Positions 63,011 through 64,000 of a stretch of 64,000 nt of DNA are shown here, piece after piece. Each line of letters begins with the position of its first letter. Positions within the stretch are counted from its first letter, which is position 1. The DNA is taken from NCBI RefSeq assembly GCF_018350175.1, contig NC_058368.1:158226001-158290000 (forward strand). The letters are read 5' to 3'. Under the pieces are notes generated by a model that did no database searches, was not told where the DNA came from, and saw only the letters and a list, made by a program, of their open reading frames with translations. The DNA is from Felis catus. Its lineage: Eukaryota. Made by a program: the position numbers and the translations under genes.

Positions 63011-63100
63011 AAATCTACAGAAGAGGTTCTCAAAGCTCAGCCAGCCAGGGTAGTCAAAAGTGCTGCTTCACCCCAAGAGAAAAAAAGAAAGGTGGAGGAG
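63011..63100 (+). CDS. CAST: CAST exon 13: KSTEEVLKAQPARVVKSAASPQEKKRKVEE
   Basis: Acceptor tctttcag, donor gag|gtataa, 90 nt. Homologous to the domain 1-2 linker ...SAAPPQEKKRKVEK. The gene continues past the window. Confidence 0.95.
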
Positions 63101-63426
63101 GTATAAATAATTACTTCTTTGGAAATAAACATGGTCCACCTGATAGCACTTGCTTTCCTGAGCCTGATCTAGTTGATTCAGGATAATCCCAGTACAGCAT
63201 GATGAGGGGCATCTTTTTTCCCTCGGGGGTCTGTGTGGACTAGTAAATCCAATCAGGGTTCTATCCATTATCTCCAGACAGGCCTTCTATGTTTCTGCAA
63301 ATACTAATCATGATTTGAACACAGCCTTCTTGGTTGTGAAACAAGAGTATCTCATCATTACAACACACAGAAAGACAAGACACCAAAAGAGTTGCACTCT
63401 TAGAACATAAATCTTCACCTTGATTC

Positions 63427-63633
63427 TTTTTTTTTTTTTTAAGTTTATTTATTTATTTTTGAGAGAGACCGAGACAGTGCGAGTCAGGGAGGGATACAGA
63501 GAGGGAAAGAGAATCCCAAGCAAGCTCCACGTTGCCAGCACAGAGCCCGATGTAACCTGCAAAGCTGAGAGATCATAACCTGGGCCAAAACCAACATTCA
63601 GACACTTAACCAACTGAGCCATCCAAGTGCCCC
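63427..63633 (-). mobile_element. CAN-SINE
   Basis: Reverse SINE head; degenerate TSD ttcacc(t/a)tgatt. Confidence 0.85.
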
Positions 63634-64000
63634 ATTCACCATGATTTTCTAATGGAGTTTGACCTGTAAATCACTAGTGGGATGTGGTTGTAGCTGCTTC
63701 TGTACGTTCTATTAACCGTAATCAATTGTCCCCAATCCTGAACGTTGGTCCTGCAGCTCATCTTCTGGTTGAGAAGACATTCTCCATCTGCAGATAGTTC
63801 AGATAATGCAAGGAGCGGTTTGTGTCGGGTCTGCTCTGCCTCTCCCTTCCTGGAGGGGACAGTTTATTTTTATCTGGCTGGCTGGGGAGCAGTGAGAGCC
63901 ACACCCTGAGAGTGGGAGTCCCCACAGCCATCAGCCATCAGCCGTTGTGCATTCAGACATGAAGCCTGTGGGGCCACTTCAAGCTCCCCAGCTTCCTGGA

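Noticed and set aside
63101..64000. Testis-specific calpastatin first exon (14t)
   Set aside because: I recall it lying after exon 14 and starting MGQFL-like. No such sequence is here, and exon 14 is beyond the window.
1..64000. A new multi-gene or prokaryote-like system
   Set aside because: The window is explained by one known vertebrate gene plus standard interspersed repeats; I found no unexplained long ORF or array on either strand.

Overview
Eukaryotic (mammalian) genomic DNA from a felid, judged by the dense tRNA-derived CAN-SINE/SINEC_Fc-type elements and carnivore L1s. The whole window lies inside the calpastatin gene (CAST, + strand). I reconstructed by hand 14 coding exons with canonical AG/GT boundaries: XL exons 1y and 1z, L-domain exons 2-8, and inhibitory domain 1 plus linker in exons 9-13. 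They give 342 uninterrupted codons and every junction is phase 0. The window also holds the CpG-island internal promoter and first exon (1u-type) at about 27 kb. The upstream first exons and domains 2-4 lie outside the window. Introns contain about 27 SINEs (some nested), L1/L2/MIR/MER5 fragments, an intact-looking ERV1-type solo LTR (4-bp TSD, 4x37-bp U3 repeat), an MLT1 LTR, a U6 retrocopy and microsatellites. I see no new multi-gene system or CRISPR array. The best leads are regulatory hypotheses: an inverted SINE pair tightly bracketing exon 5, an in-frame CUG in strong context in the nominally non-coding exon 1u, and a GATA/KLF1/E-box cluster in intron 13 just before domain 2. Exon names and repeat family labels come from recalled knowledge, not database searches.
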